A DNA stretch of 33,401 bases from Armatimonadota bacterium (GCA_016235455.1 JACRKZ010000095.1:1-33401); one strand, 5' to 3'. Positions 15,131 through 24,252 are shown, counted from the first letter of the stretch. Program-made: numbers and translations. The notes: generated by a model not told the origin, from the letters alone.

Positions 15131-16423
15131 TCACCCGCGAGTCGCTGGCGGCTGGGCCAAGCGCGGCTGAGGCCGGCCCTGGCAGGCGCCGACCACACTC
15201 TCGCGATAGCGCTGATATTCCCAGTGTGGACTGTTCTCGGTCGTGTGGCAAGACTCGCAGCCAGCCTTGTCGCGCGCGGTGGGTTTGCTCGTCCGCGGCG
15301 CCTTGAGGTGCGCTTCGAGCTTGTCGTGGCAGGTGGCGCACTGCACGCCGCGGTCGCCCGATGCCGGTGGCCGTACCCCAGCGCGCCGGAAAGTCTCGTC
15401 GTGGCAGCCCATGCAGCCGGCAACGTCGCGAGCGCGCTGCTCGAGCGTGGTCACGGCCTGCGCGTGGGCATGCGTCCGCCAGGCGTTGACCGCGCGGCCG
15501 TGGCAGCTCACACAGGCCGCCGGCCGCGGGAAGGTCACCTGGGCCGCTGTGGGCGAGGCGGTCGACTCGCCATCGCGCACGCGCCGGTAGTACTCGTCGA
15601 TCCAGGCTTCCATCACCGGGTCGTGCGGGCCTTCTTCGACCAGCGCGGCGCGCGCCGTGCGTGAGCCGTCGGCGGTGAAGTCGATGGTGCTCAGCGACCG
15701 GGCGCGCCGCGCCTGGTACACCCACAGCACGCCGTCGCGCTCCGCCGGCGACTCGGCAAAATCGGAGTCGGTGGCCAGCGCCAGCACCGTCGGCCGCCGA
15801 TCGGCGGGCACCTTGGCCAGCAGCGAGGCGGTGAGTTCACTGCCCAGATGGGAGACCAGCACCACCACCTGGCAGCCATCGGCGCGCAGGCGGGTCACGC
15901 CACCGCCCACGGCGTCGGCCAGGTCGGCCTCGGCCAGCCGGCCGGCGAAGGCGGCCATGATGCCCACCTTCCAGCCGCCACTCTCCACCGTGCGCGCCGC
16001 GGGCACCTCCGGCTGGCCGGCTGCCGGCGGGCCGACGGGCGGCGTGAGGCAGGTACTGGCCAGCAGGTGCGCGCCGAGCACCGGCCCGAGCTTGCTCCAG
16101 TCTTCACAGTCCTGGGCGGAGAGGGCCACGACGTCGACACTAAGTCGCGCCAGGCAGCGCGCGATGACCGGCAGGCGGTCCGTGCGCTGGCCAATGTCGC
16201 CGGCCTCGATGATCACCTTGGCGCCCGGTGTCTCAGCCCGCCATTGGGTCAGCATGGCCGCGCGGCGGGCCAGTCCTCCGGCGTTGCGGCCGCCGCAGCC
16301 GCAGGCCTCCAGGTAGTCCTGACAAAGCCCGCCAATGGCAATCGACAGGTCGCCACGGCCAGGCTGTCCGCCAGCCAACAGCGGCACTGTCGCCAACACC
16401 AGGAGCCACGCACATCGCCTCAT
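15131..16423 (-). CDS. Secreted UshA-like (5'-nucleotidase fold) N-terminal domain fused to a tetraheme cytochrome c (c554-like) domain
   Basis: Signal peptide, then YLEACGC..AGGLARRA..IIEAGD and VVVLVSHLG. The C-terminus has four CxxCH motifs (CVSCH, CMGCH, CATCH, CESCH) plus W..H.HA.A. The start overlaps the upstream stop (ATGA). Confidence 0.85.
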   Translation of the reverse strand: MRRCAWLLVLATVPLLAGGQPGRGDLSIAIGGLCQDYLEACGCGGRNAGGLARRAAMLTQWRAETPGAKVIIEAGDIGQRTDRLPVIARCLARLSVDVVALSAQDCEDWSKLGPVLGAHLLASTCLTPPVGPPAAGQPEVPAARTVESGGWKVGIMAAFAGRLAEADLADAVGGGVTRLRADGCQVVVLVSHLGSELTASLLAKVPADRRPTVLALATDSDFAESPAERDGVLWVYQARRARSLSTIDFTADGSRTARAALVEEGPHDPVMEAWIDEYYRRVRDGESTASPTAAQVTFPRPAACVSCHGRAVNAWRTHAHAQAVTTLEQRARDVAGCMGCHDETFRRAGVRPPASGDRGVQCATCHDKLEAHLKAPRTSKPTARDKAGCESCHTTENSPHWEYQRYRESVVGACQGRPQPRLAQPPATRG

Positions 16424-19400
16424 CGTTCGCTCACCTCGTGGACGCTCTCGTCGCCATCGGCCAGCGACAGGCCGTGGATCCGCAGTGGGTCGCTACCGTT
16501 GCGCCGCGTGCGCAGGCGCAGCGCATCCACCTGCGACCAGTCCAGCCGCGCGCCGTGGACCACCGCCGACAGTCGCCTCAGCTCGACCGCGAGCCGCTGC
16601 CGGCCCGGTCCGCTGGGCGTCACCGTGGCGGCGAACCAGCGCCGTTCGCCTTCAGCCACCGCGCCGATCTCGATGGTTACGGCGCCGCCCTGGCGGCCCG
16701 CGTCCAGGTCGACCACGAGCGCCCGGGCCTGTCCGCCGAGCCGGCGCAGCGCCTGCACGTGGTTGGTGATGAGTCCCAGCGAACGCGCCGCGGCCGTGGC
16801 CGGCAGCGCCAACTCGACCGCGCCATCGCCGGCGAGGCCCAGCGCCACGCCGCGCGCATCAGTCTCGGGAGTGAGCCGGAAGACCGGCTGGCCTTGGGCG
16901 GCGAGCGCGAGTTCGGGGCTCTGCCAGCCCTCACTGCGGGGCAATACGTGGAGATCGGCCAACCGGTAGCTGGTCACGGTGGACCACCGCGCGTGGCCCT
17001 CGGCATCGACCGCCTGAGCCGCCACCGCGACGCTCTGAGCCGGCGCGGCGAGTTTCACCTCGGTGCTCGTGGACCGCGGCTCCACCAGGCTCCACCAGCG
17101 GCCCGGCCAGTTGTCGCTGGACCACGGGCCGACGCTGATCCAGAGCCGCACGGCGCTCACCTGGCCCACGCTGCTGACACCCAGGCTCAAGCGTTCGCCG
17201 GACCCGCGCGCGACCACCTGCAGCGGGGCACGCGTGGCCAGACCGTCGGCCAGCCAGTCGGCCAGCAACGACCCCAACGTCGGCGCGGCCAGGGCCGACT
17301 CGGCGTTGGGTAGCAGGCGGAAGGCTTTGCGGCCGCCGAGTCGCTCATGCAGCCGCAGCACACTGGGCAAGCGCCAGTCGGGCTGGTTGGACGATGCCAC
17401 CTGCAGCACCGGCACGGTCACCCGGGGTGCCCAGCGCTCGGGCGACCAAGCCGTCCGCCAGGCGTCCCGGTACATCGGTGAGCAGCGCTCCAGCGCCTCG
17501 GCCACGCTGCTGTCGACGGGGCGATCGGTGGCGCCGACGTCGGCCAGCAGCAGCGCACTCAGACCGGTCGTCTGAGCCGCCAGAGCGATGACCGGTGGGC
17601 CGGCTGCGCCGGCGGCCACCACCACCGTGCCGGATTCGGCGGCCGGCTCGCGCCCGAGGACCTGGACGCAGCGCCAGACGGCCAGCCCCTGATGCCAGGC
17701 CAGCCCGGTCTTGGGCGAGCGTCCGGCATCCACCAGGCGCGTCGACGGCCAGGCACCCAGATCGCTGTTCCAGTCGCCATCGAGCGCGGGATGCAGGTCG
17801 GGCTGAAGGCAAGTGTAGCCGGCGCGCGCCAGGCGCAGCATGTCGGCCGGCGGCAGGGCCTGTGCCATGTCGCCCAGCCATAGTACGCGGCGCTTGGCCT
17901 GGCCCACGGCCCGCGCCAACAACGCCCGAACCACGATCGGCCGCTCGCTGATGGTCTCCGCGACCAACTGGACGCGGCTCAGCCGTACGCCGTCGACCAG
18001 CGGTCCGTCGCTGACGGACGCCGCGGGCTGCTCCGCCAACTGGGTCGGCGCCCATGCTCGGTACAGCGCTGGCCCAGCCTGCTTCTGGCCACGGCTGACG
18101 GCGATCTCCTCGCGCTCGTGCGGCGCGACGTGAATGCGCCAGCCGGCGCGGGCGGCAAGGGCGACGGTCAACAGGCCGACGAACCAGGCGATGCGCCGCC
18201 GGTCCTCGGGCTGAATGCGCAGCTTGCCCCGGTTGGCCAGGATGAGGAAGGCCGCCATGAACGGCAGCGCCGGCAGGCCGGGCAGACCGCTGCCCAGTTG
18301 GCTCAGCACATGGCCGAGCGTGAAGCCCACGGTCAGCGCGGCGGCCTGGGCCCAGAAGTTGCGCACCAAGCCCAGGTCGAAACGCTGAGCGGCGGCCAGG
18401 AAGAGGGCCAGAAAAACGAAGTCGCCCCACCCGATGGCGCCGTGGATAAGGTCGCTGCCCAGCACCGGCCACGGCAGCAGGCTCACGTCGCGCAGCGCGG
18501 CGGCGAGGCTGGAGCCGCTGGTCATCACCTCGCCCGTGTGGCCGAAGAAGACCAGGTAGATATCCAACACCGCGCCGACCAGCGCGGCCATGACCACGTA
18601 ACTGGTCTGCCGGCAACCCAGCGACAGCAACCAGCCGGCGCCGGTGGTCCAGGCCAGCATGCCCACGCCCACGCCGAGCCACAGCAGTCGCGCCGACGAG
18701 GCCGGCACACAGGCCAGGTCGGGCACGCCCGGTCCGAAGCGGCAGAGCACGGTCAGGCCGACGCCGGCGACCAGCGTGCCCACGGCCACGGTCCAGCGCG
18801 GCCGACGGCTGACCCCGACCAGTACCAGCGCCGAGCCGAGCAGCGCGCCCATGATGGCCGAGACCGGCGCGGCGGCGGACAGCAGGAACGGCTGCAACTC
18901 AGGCGCCAGCCCCGCCACCAGCAGCCAGGACAGGCACCACACGCCGGTGGCGGCGACCATCGGCCAAAGCTCGTCGAGCGCCGCGCGGCGGCCGCGCCGG
19001 GGCCGCGCGCCCCACGGCAACGGCGGCGCGTGTTCGCGCACTCGACCATAGAGCAGGATGCCACTGCCCAACGCCACGCCCAGCAACGCCGCCAGCACCG
19101 ACCACAGCAACGTGCCGGCCAACTGGCGGCGTGGAGTCTCAACCACCACCTCGTCGCGCCGGCCGTTCGGCCGCACGGTGACATAGCGCTCCACCACCGG
19201 GCCGTCGGCGAAGGTCACGGTCAGCTGATAGGCGCCGGGGCTGAGCCCTTCGAAGCGAAAGAGCCCGACGGCATCGGCCCGCGTGGTCAGCGGCGCACCA
19301 GGGCCGAGCAGTTCCACCTCGGCCTGCTCGCTGGGCAGATCGGTCACCAACCGGCCCTGGTAGGCGCAGGTCTCCTGCGCGCCCGCCGCGACGGCGAGCC

Positions 19401-19434
19401 ACAGAAGCAGCAGCAGCGTGCGGGCGGCGTTCAT
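16420..19434 (-). CDS. Multidomain membrane protein: carboxypeptidase-regulatory-like (Cna-B-type) domain + presenilin/SPP-like GxGD aspartyl protease domain + degenerate alpha/beta-hydrolase + C-terminal CBM-like domain
   Basis: ATG 19434 overlaps the cyclase stop (ATGA). Signal peptide; DAVGLFRFEGLSPGAYQLTV; multi-TM region with LDIYLVF, IGWGDFVF and LPALPF; hydrolase-like segments GYTCLQPD and RVTVPVLQVASSNQPDW; terminal LDWSQVDALRL...LRIHGLSL. Confidence 0.75.
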   Translation of the reverse strand: MNAARTLLLLLWLAVAAGAQETCAYQGRLVTDLPSEQAEVELLGPGAPLTTRADAVGLFRFEGLSPGAYQLTVTFADGPVVERYVTVRPNGRRDEVVVETPRRQLAGTLLWSVLAALLGVALGSGILLYGRVREHAPPLPWGARPRRGRRAALDELWPMVAATGVWCLSWLLVAGLAPELQPFLLSAAAPVSAIMGALLGSALVLVGVSRRPRWTVAVGTLVAGVGLTVLCRFGPGVPDLACVPASSARLLWLGVGVGMLAWTTGAGWLLSLGCRQTSYVVMAALVGAVLDIYLVFFGHTGEVMTSGSSLAAALRDVSLLPWPVLGSDLIHGAIGWGDFVFLALFLAAAQRFDLGLVRNFWAQAAALTVGFTLGHVLSQLGSGLPGLPALPFMAAFLILANRGKLRIQPEDRRRIAWFVGLLTVALAARAGWRIHVAPHEREEIAVSRGQKQAGPALYRAWAPTQLAEQPAASVSDGPLVDGVRLSRVQLVAETISERPIVVRALLARAVGQAKRRVLWLGDMAQALPPADMLRLARAGYTCLQPDLHPALDGDWNSDLGAWPSTRLVDAGRSPKTGLAWHQGLAVWRCVQVLGREPAAESGTVVVAAGAAGPPVIALAAQTTGLSALLLADVGATDRPVDSSVAEALERCSPMYRDAWRTAWSPERWAPRVTVPVLQVASSNQPDWRLPSVLRLHERLGGRKAFRLLPNAESALAAPTLGSLLADWLADGLATRAPLQVVARGSGERLSLGVSSVGQVSAVRLWISVGPWSSDNWPGRWWSLVEPRSTSTEVKLAAPAQSVAVAAQAVDAEGHARWSTVTSYRLADLHVLPRSEGWQSPELALAAQGQPVFRLTPETDARGVALGLAGDGAVELALPATAAARSLGLITNHVQALRRLGGQARALVVDLDAGRQGGAVTIEIGAVAEGERRWFAATVTPSGPGRQRLAVELRRLSAVVHGARLDWSQVDALRLRTRRNGSDPLRIHGLSLADGDESVHEVSER

Positions 19435-22400
19435 GCCAGTACCGCCTGGGCCGGCGCCAGATAGAGCCGGCGCACCCGCGCCGACCAGCCGGGCCCGGCC
19501 TGCTCGCCCAACCGCGCCACCAGCGCCTCGGCCCGGTCCAGGTCGGCGGAGCACCGTCGGGCCGCGGCCCGCGCGCCCAGAGCCGCCACTTGCTCCTCGG
19601 CCAGCCCGCAGGCCTCGGCCAGGCGCACCGCTTCATCCAGATCACCCGGCCACACGCGCAGCCGGCGGCCGCGGGCCGCCAGCGGCTCCAGGCCCATGCG
19701 CTCGGCCAGGCTGAGCGCCGCTTCCAGCACGTCGTCCGCCGGCCAGCCCTGGGCCAGTCGCGCCGCCGCCAGGTCGAGCAAGGCTAGCGCGTGCTCTGCC
19801 TCGCGGTGCCCGCTGGCCAGCGTCTTCACGACGCCCTCGGCCAGCGTCTCGGCCTCGTCGGCCCGCCCCAGCGCCAATGCCAGCCGCGATGCGGCCAGGT
19901 CGATCTCCTCGGCCGCCGCCAGTTCGCCCACGCGTTCGCGCACGGCACGTGCTTCGGCCAGCCTGGCCTCGGCCGCGGCGTGGTCGTCGCTGACCCGCGC
20001 CAGCTCGGCCATGGCCGCCAGCGCACCGGCTTCCCAGCGGGAATGACCCGTTTCGCGCGCCAGTTCGAGCGCTTCGTCGAGTTGCTCGCGCGCCTCGGCC
20101 AGCCGGCCGGCGCCAGTCAGTGTGCAGCCCAGCCAGTAGCGTACCTCGGCCTCGATGGTGCGCTCGCCAGTGGCCTGCGCATTGGCCAGCGTGGTGCGAT
20201 AGGAGGCCAGTGCGTCGTCCAAATGGCCCAGATTGCGGTGCGCCGAGCCCAGGTTGCCCGAGGTGTAGCACTGCAACTGCACGCGCATCGGATCGCCCTC
20301 ATCCAGCCCGTCCAGCAGCTCGGCGCAGGTATCGCAGGCGGCCAGCATGTCGGCGAACCGGCCCATGGCGTCGTAGACCGCCGCCAGGTTGTTGTAGGCC
20401 ACCCACTGTCCGAACCGGTCGAACTCCATCTTGCCCAGTTGCACATCGAGAGCTGCCTGGAAGTGCTCCAGCGCGCTCTCGAAATGGCCCTGCAGATACC
20501 ACAGGTTGCCGATGCCAAAGTGCGTGTCGCGCACGCCCGACCAGTCGCCGAGCGCCTCATACTCGGCCAGTGACTGGTCGAAATAGCCGTGGGCGGCATC
20601 GAACTCACCCAACTCGGTGTGCCGCCGCGCGAGCATGTACGAAGCGTCGATGACCGCCAGAGGGTCATCGAGCCGACGTGCCAGTTCCAGGCGCTGAGCG
20701 CAGTAGTCGATCAGCTCGGCATCGCCCGTGCGCGACTGCACCAGGGTGATGCCGCGCAGCACGGCCAGCTTGTCGGCCAGCGCGCTCTCGCCCACCTCAT
20801 CAGTCTTCTCCAGCGCGCGCTTGAAGTGCAGCAGCGCCTGCTGGTTGCTGAACACGCGCGCCGCGCGGTCGGCGCTGCGCGGCAGATAGAGCAGCGCCCG
20901 GCCGGCGGCCGCGGAGTTGTAGTAGTGGTAGCTGAGGTCGTCGAGGTAGGCGTCGAGGCTGGCCGCGTAGTGGTTCTCGATGTACTGGCCCATGCGCTCA
21001 TGCAAGCGGCGGCGCTCGGTGCGCAGCAGCGCGTTGTAAGCCACGTCGCGGGTCAGCGCATGCTCGAAGACGTACTCCTCGTCCTGGTCGTGCCGGCTCT
21101 CCAGGTGCACCAACTCGCGATGGCCCAGCAGGTCCAGCAGGTCGCCCAGGTCGCGCCGTTCCAGCACGAACTCCAGCGCGCTGCGCCGGAAGTAGCGGCC
21201 GATGATGGCCACGCTGGCCGCCTGGAGCAGCGCGCGCGGCTCGCTCGGCAACTTGTCGATGCGCGACAGGAGGATCTCTTCCACGCTGTCGGGCACCAGG
21301 TTGCCCAGTTCATCCTCGGTGATCAGCAGGCGGCCGCGCCGGTAGTCGATGGTCGGCCGACCGCTGAGTTCGGCGCGCTCGACCAGCGCGGTGACCACCT
21401 GGTCGATGAAGAAGGGGTTGCCTTGCGACTTGTGGTAGACCGCCTCGGCCAACGACGGCTCGATGCGCCGCTCGTCTTCGATGAGCCCGCGCGCGGCCAT
21501 CAGCGAGCCGACCACCTCGCGCGTCTCGTCCTCGGTCAGCCGCCACAGGTCGAGCCCCTGGTAGTCCGTAGTCCAGTGCGCCTCGTAGTCGGGCCGGAAG
21601 GCCGTCACCAACAGCAACGGCGCGGCCGGCGCGGCGTCATGGAGGTCGTCGAGCAGCTCCGCGGAGTCGCCGTCCAGCCACTGCAGGTCGTCGACGAACA
21701 CCAGCATGGGTCGCGCGGCGGCCGCCCCGGTGAGCAACGCGGTGAACGCCGCACGCAGCCAGCCGCGGCGCTGCTGCGGCTCCGAGGCCGACCAGGTCTC
21801 GTCGTCGGGCTCCAGACCCAACAGGAAGGCCAGGGCCGGCACCGCCTGCTCGGCCTGTGGGCACGCGTCGGCCACGCCCGCGGCGATCTTGACCAGCCGG
21901 ACGTCACTCGAATCCAGGTCGTCGATGGCCAGCAGTTGGGACAACACCTCGCGCACGGGCAGGTAACTCAGGTTGGCGCCGTAGCTCAGACAGCGACCCT
22001 CGAGGAACCGCGTGGTCGCGCCGTCCAGCCCGCGGGCCAGCTCGAAGACCAGCCGTGACTTGCCCAGCCCGGCCTCGCCACGGACGCCCAGCGTGCCGCC
22101 CTGACCGGACGACGCGCGGTCCCAGGCGTCCTGGATGGCGAGCAGCAGGTCGTCGCGCCCGACCATCCGGCTCATGCCCGCGCTCTGGGCGATCTCGATG
22201 CGGGCCGCGCGCCTCTTCTCGGCCACGACCGACCAGATAGGCACCGGCTGGCTCTTGCCCTTCACCTTGACCGGCGGCAAGGCCTCGAGCTCGAAGCTGC
22301 CCTGGCAGCGCCGGTGGGTGTGGCTGGAGATGAGGCTCTGGCCCCAGGCGCAGGCGGTCATCAGGCGCGCGGCCAGGTTGACCGTGTCGCCCATGGCCGT

Positions 22401-23003
22401 GTATTCCATGCGCCCGCCGGCGCCGACGCCGCCCACGCGCACCGGCCCGGTGTTCAGCCCGATGCGCAGTCGCAGCGGCGCCTGGGCGGGGATGGTGCCG
22501 TCCTCGTGCAGCCGCGCCAGTTCGGCGTGCATCCGCACCGCCGCGCGCAAGGCCCGCTCCGGCGCGTCCTCGTGGGCTACCGGAGCGCCGAACAGCGCCA
22601 TGATGTCGCCATCGAGGAACTTGTCGATATAGCCGTCGAACGAGCGCACGATGTGCTCGCCGGCCAGTCGCTCGAAGACCTGGTTCATGATGTCGGTCTG
22701 GCGTTCGCGACCGAGCCGCTCGGTCATCTCGGCGAAGCCGTCCAGATCGGCCATCATGACGGTGATGGTGCGCAACTCGTCGCGCTTGGCGGTCTCGACC
22801 CCGGCGTTGGGCGCCGTGACCTGGGAGTCGGCCAGCCACAGGCCGCAGCCACCGCAGTACTTGTCGCCCCGCCGGTTGGAGTACCCGCACGCCGGGCACA
22901 ACACTTCCAGCCCGCCCCCACAGCCGGCGTGACCGTCCTCGCCGCCGCAGAAGCGCCGCCGAGCGTCGTTGTCGACTCCGCAGTGGGGACAAACCAAGAT
23001 CAT
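19431..23003 (-). CDS. Class III adenylate/guanylate cyclase with double zinc ribbon, STAND-type AAA ATPase and TPR repeats
   Basis: N-terminal CPHC/CPAC/CGGC zinc ribbons. Cyclase motifs TVMMADLDGF, DKF, LRIGLNTG and YTAMGDTVNLAARL. Walker A GEAGLGKS, Walker B VFVDDLQW, GNPFF, FEHALTRDVAY, then TPR-like helices. ATG 23003. Confidence 0.93.
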   Translation of the reverse strand: MILVCPHCGVDNDARRRFCGGEDGHAGCGGGLEVLCPACGYSNRRGDKYCGGCGLWLADSQVTAPNAGVETAKRDELRTITVMMADLDGFAEMTERLGRERQTDIMNQVFERLAGEHIVRSFDGYIDKFLDGDIMALFGAPVAHEDAPERALRAAVRMHAELARLHEDGTIPAQAPLRLRIGLNTGPVRVGGVGAGGRMEYTAMGDTVNLAARLMTACAWGQSLISSHTHRRCQGSFELEALPPVKVKGKSQPVPIWSVVAEKRRAARIEIAQSAGMSRMVGRDDLLLAIQDAWDRASSGQGGTLGVRGEAGLGKSRLVFELARGLDGATTRFLEGRCLSYGANLSYLPVREVLSQLLAIDDLDSSDVRLVKIAAGVADACPQAEQAVPALAFLLGLEPDDETWSASEPQQRRGWLRAAFTALLTGAAAARPMLVFVDDLQWLDGDSAELLDDLHDAAPAAPLLLVTAFRPDYEAHWTTDYQGLDLWRLTEDETREVVGSLMAARGLIEDERRIEPSLAEAVYHKSQGNPFFIDQVVTALVERAELSGRPTIDYRRGRLLITEDELGNLVPDSVEEILLSRIDKLPSEPRALLQAASVAIIGRYFRRSALEFVLERRDLGDLLDLLGHRELVHLESRHDQDEEYVFEHALTRDVAYNALLRTERRRLHERMGQYIENHYAASLDAYLDDLSYHYYNSAAAGRALLYLPRSADRAARVFSNQQALLHFKRALEKTDEVGESALADKLAVLRGITLVQSRTGDAELIDYCAQRLELARRLDDPLAVIDASYMLARRHTELGEFDAAHGYFDQSLAEYEALGDWSGVRDTHFGIGNLWYLQGHFESALEHFQAALDVQLGKMEFDRFGQWVAYNNLAAVYDAMGRFADMLAACDTCAELLDGLDEGDPMRVQLQCYTSGNLGSAHRNLGHLDDALASYRTTLANAQATGERTIEAEVRYWLGCTLTGAGRLAEAREQLDEALELARETGHSRWEAGALAAMAELARVSDDHAAAEARLAEARAVRERVGELAAAEEIDLAASRLALALGRADEAETLAEGVVKTLASGHREAEHALALLDLAAARLAQGWPADDVLEAALSLAERMGLEPLAARGRRLRVWPGDLDEAVRLAEACGLAEEQVAALGARAAARRCSADLDRAEALVARLGEQAGPGWSARVRRLYLAPAQAVLA

Positions 23004-23050
23004 GAGCAGACCACGCTGGCACCCGCCGCCCCGGCCGGGCGCAGTGCCCC

Positions 23051-23080
23051 AGTATAGGCCCGCCCGCAGGCCATCGTCAA
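23051..23080 (-). promoter_or_regulatory. Sigma70-type promoter for the cyclase operon (TTGACG-N18-TATACT)
   Basis: The minus strand reads TTGACG atggcctgcgggcgggcc TATACT within the 82-bp gap upstream of the cyclase ATG. Confidence 0.7.
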
Positions 23081-23085
23081 ACCGC

Positions 23086-24252
23086 TCATGGCGCGATCTT
23101 GAGGCCGCGGAGCGGCTCGGATACCGCCGGCTCCTGGACCTTGATGCGCCACCCGGGCTGACCGGCAACGGACACGGCCTCGCCGCCATTGGCCAGGATG
23201 ACCCGCTCGGCGAGCCGCAACAGCAGGTCCGCTTGCTCGCTCACCCGGCAGGTGGCTGGCAGCTCCGGTCGGGTCTTGTTCACGAAGAGGTCGGGCATCT
23301 TGCACCGCGGCAGGGCGCTGATACGCTGCCAGCCCCAGCGCGCACCGAGCACGGTGCCGGCCGTCGCCGCATTGCAGTCAGCGTCGTAGCCGAGCGCCAT
23401 GGCATAGCGCAGCGTGGCATCGAAGTCATCTTGGCCGTAGAGCAGCGCCAGGATGACCGCACCGCCGTTGAGCGGCGTGGAGTTGTAGCCCCACTTGCGC
23501 TGGTCATGCCACTTGGCATGAATCGCGGCGCGACCGGCGCGCCAGTCGGCGGGGTGCGCGGCATGGGCGGCGCGGGCGTCCGCGACCACTTCGGCCATGG
23601 CGCTTCTGGGGTCCACGGCGGCCAGCGCGGCGGTGATCGTCGCCTGCAGATCCGGCTGCCCGACCATACTCAAGCTGATCAGGGCGGTCCAGTACTGCGT
23701 GGCCTGCAACGGCTCGCCCGATACGGCGATGCGCGCATAGTGCAGGCCCAGGTCGGCCGCCGCCCGCGGCATGCCGGGCGCGATCAGGCCGAATGACTCC
23801 GTGCAGAACTGCCCCGACAGGTTGTACCAGGCGTGCTCGTTGTGCGCTTGACTGCCGGTCTCGGGCGGTACCAGGCCTTGGTCCATCAGTTCGCGCGCCC
23901 GCTTGTTGGCCACCCACAGGCCGCTGTTCATGTTCGCCTTCCAGATGGCGACGATGCGCTCGTAGGGCAGCTTCAGCGTGCCCTCGCGATCCATGAACCA
24001 GAGATGAGTCCACTCGAAATCGTTGTCGTCGTCGGTGCGCGCGCCGCCGGGCAGGTAATCGAACACGGGCAGCGCGGCGGCGGGCTGCTCGTTGTACTTG
24101 AACTCGTGGGCCAGCCCCTCGATGCCCCCGATGAGCTGGCCTGCCCAGCCGCCGTACAGCCGGTCGCGCAGTTCGGCCTGGGTGATCGCCACGTCGGCCG
24201 CGTGCGCCGTCATCGCCAGACTCCCGACCAACGCCAGCAGGGCCGGGCGCAT
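23086..24252 (-). CDS. ADP-ribosylglycohydrolase family protein with signal peptide
   Basis: Motifs DRLYGGWAGQLIG, TDDDND and GYDADCNAATAGTVLG. Signal peptide MRPALLALVGSLAMTAHA|ADV. The start overlaps the ADH stop (GTGATG). Confidence 0.88.
   Translation of the reverse strand: MRPALLALVGSLAMTAHAADVAITQAELRDRLYGGWAGQLIGGIEGLAHEFKYNEQPAAALPVFDYLPGGARTDDDNDFEWTHLWFMDREGTLKLPYERIVAIWKANMNSGLWVANKRARELMDQGLVPPETGSQAHNEHAWYNLSGQFCTESFGLIAPGMPRAAADLGLHYARIAVSGEPLQATQYWTALISLSMVGQPDLQATITAALAAVDPRSAMAEVVADARAAHAAHPADWRAGRAAIHAKWHDQRKWGYNSTPLNGGAVILALLYGQDDFDATLRYAMALGYDADCNAATAGTVLGARWGWQRISALPRCKMPDLFVNKTRPELPATCRVSEQADLLLRLAERVILANGGEAVSVAGQPGWRIKVQEPAVSEPLRGLKIAP

Noticed and set aside
16290-16310. 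Selenocysteine recoding in the UshA-like CxC motif
   Set aside because: Both Cys codons are TGC and there is no in-frame TGA.
19431-23003. Cyclase-STAND-TPR as an anti-phage (Avs/Pycsar/CBASS-like) system
   Set aside because: This zinc ribbon-cyclase-AAA-TPR architecture is a widespread signalling type. No cNMP-binding effector, nuclease or defence-island context is visible, so a defence role is unsupported, though not excluded.
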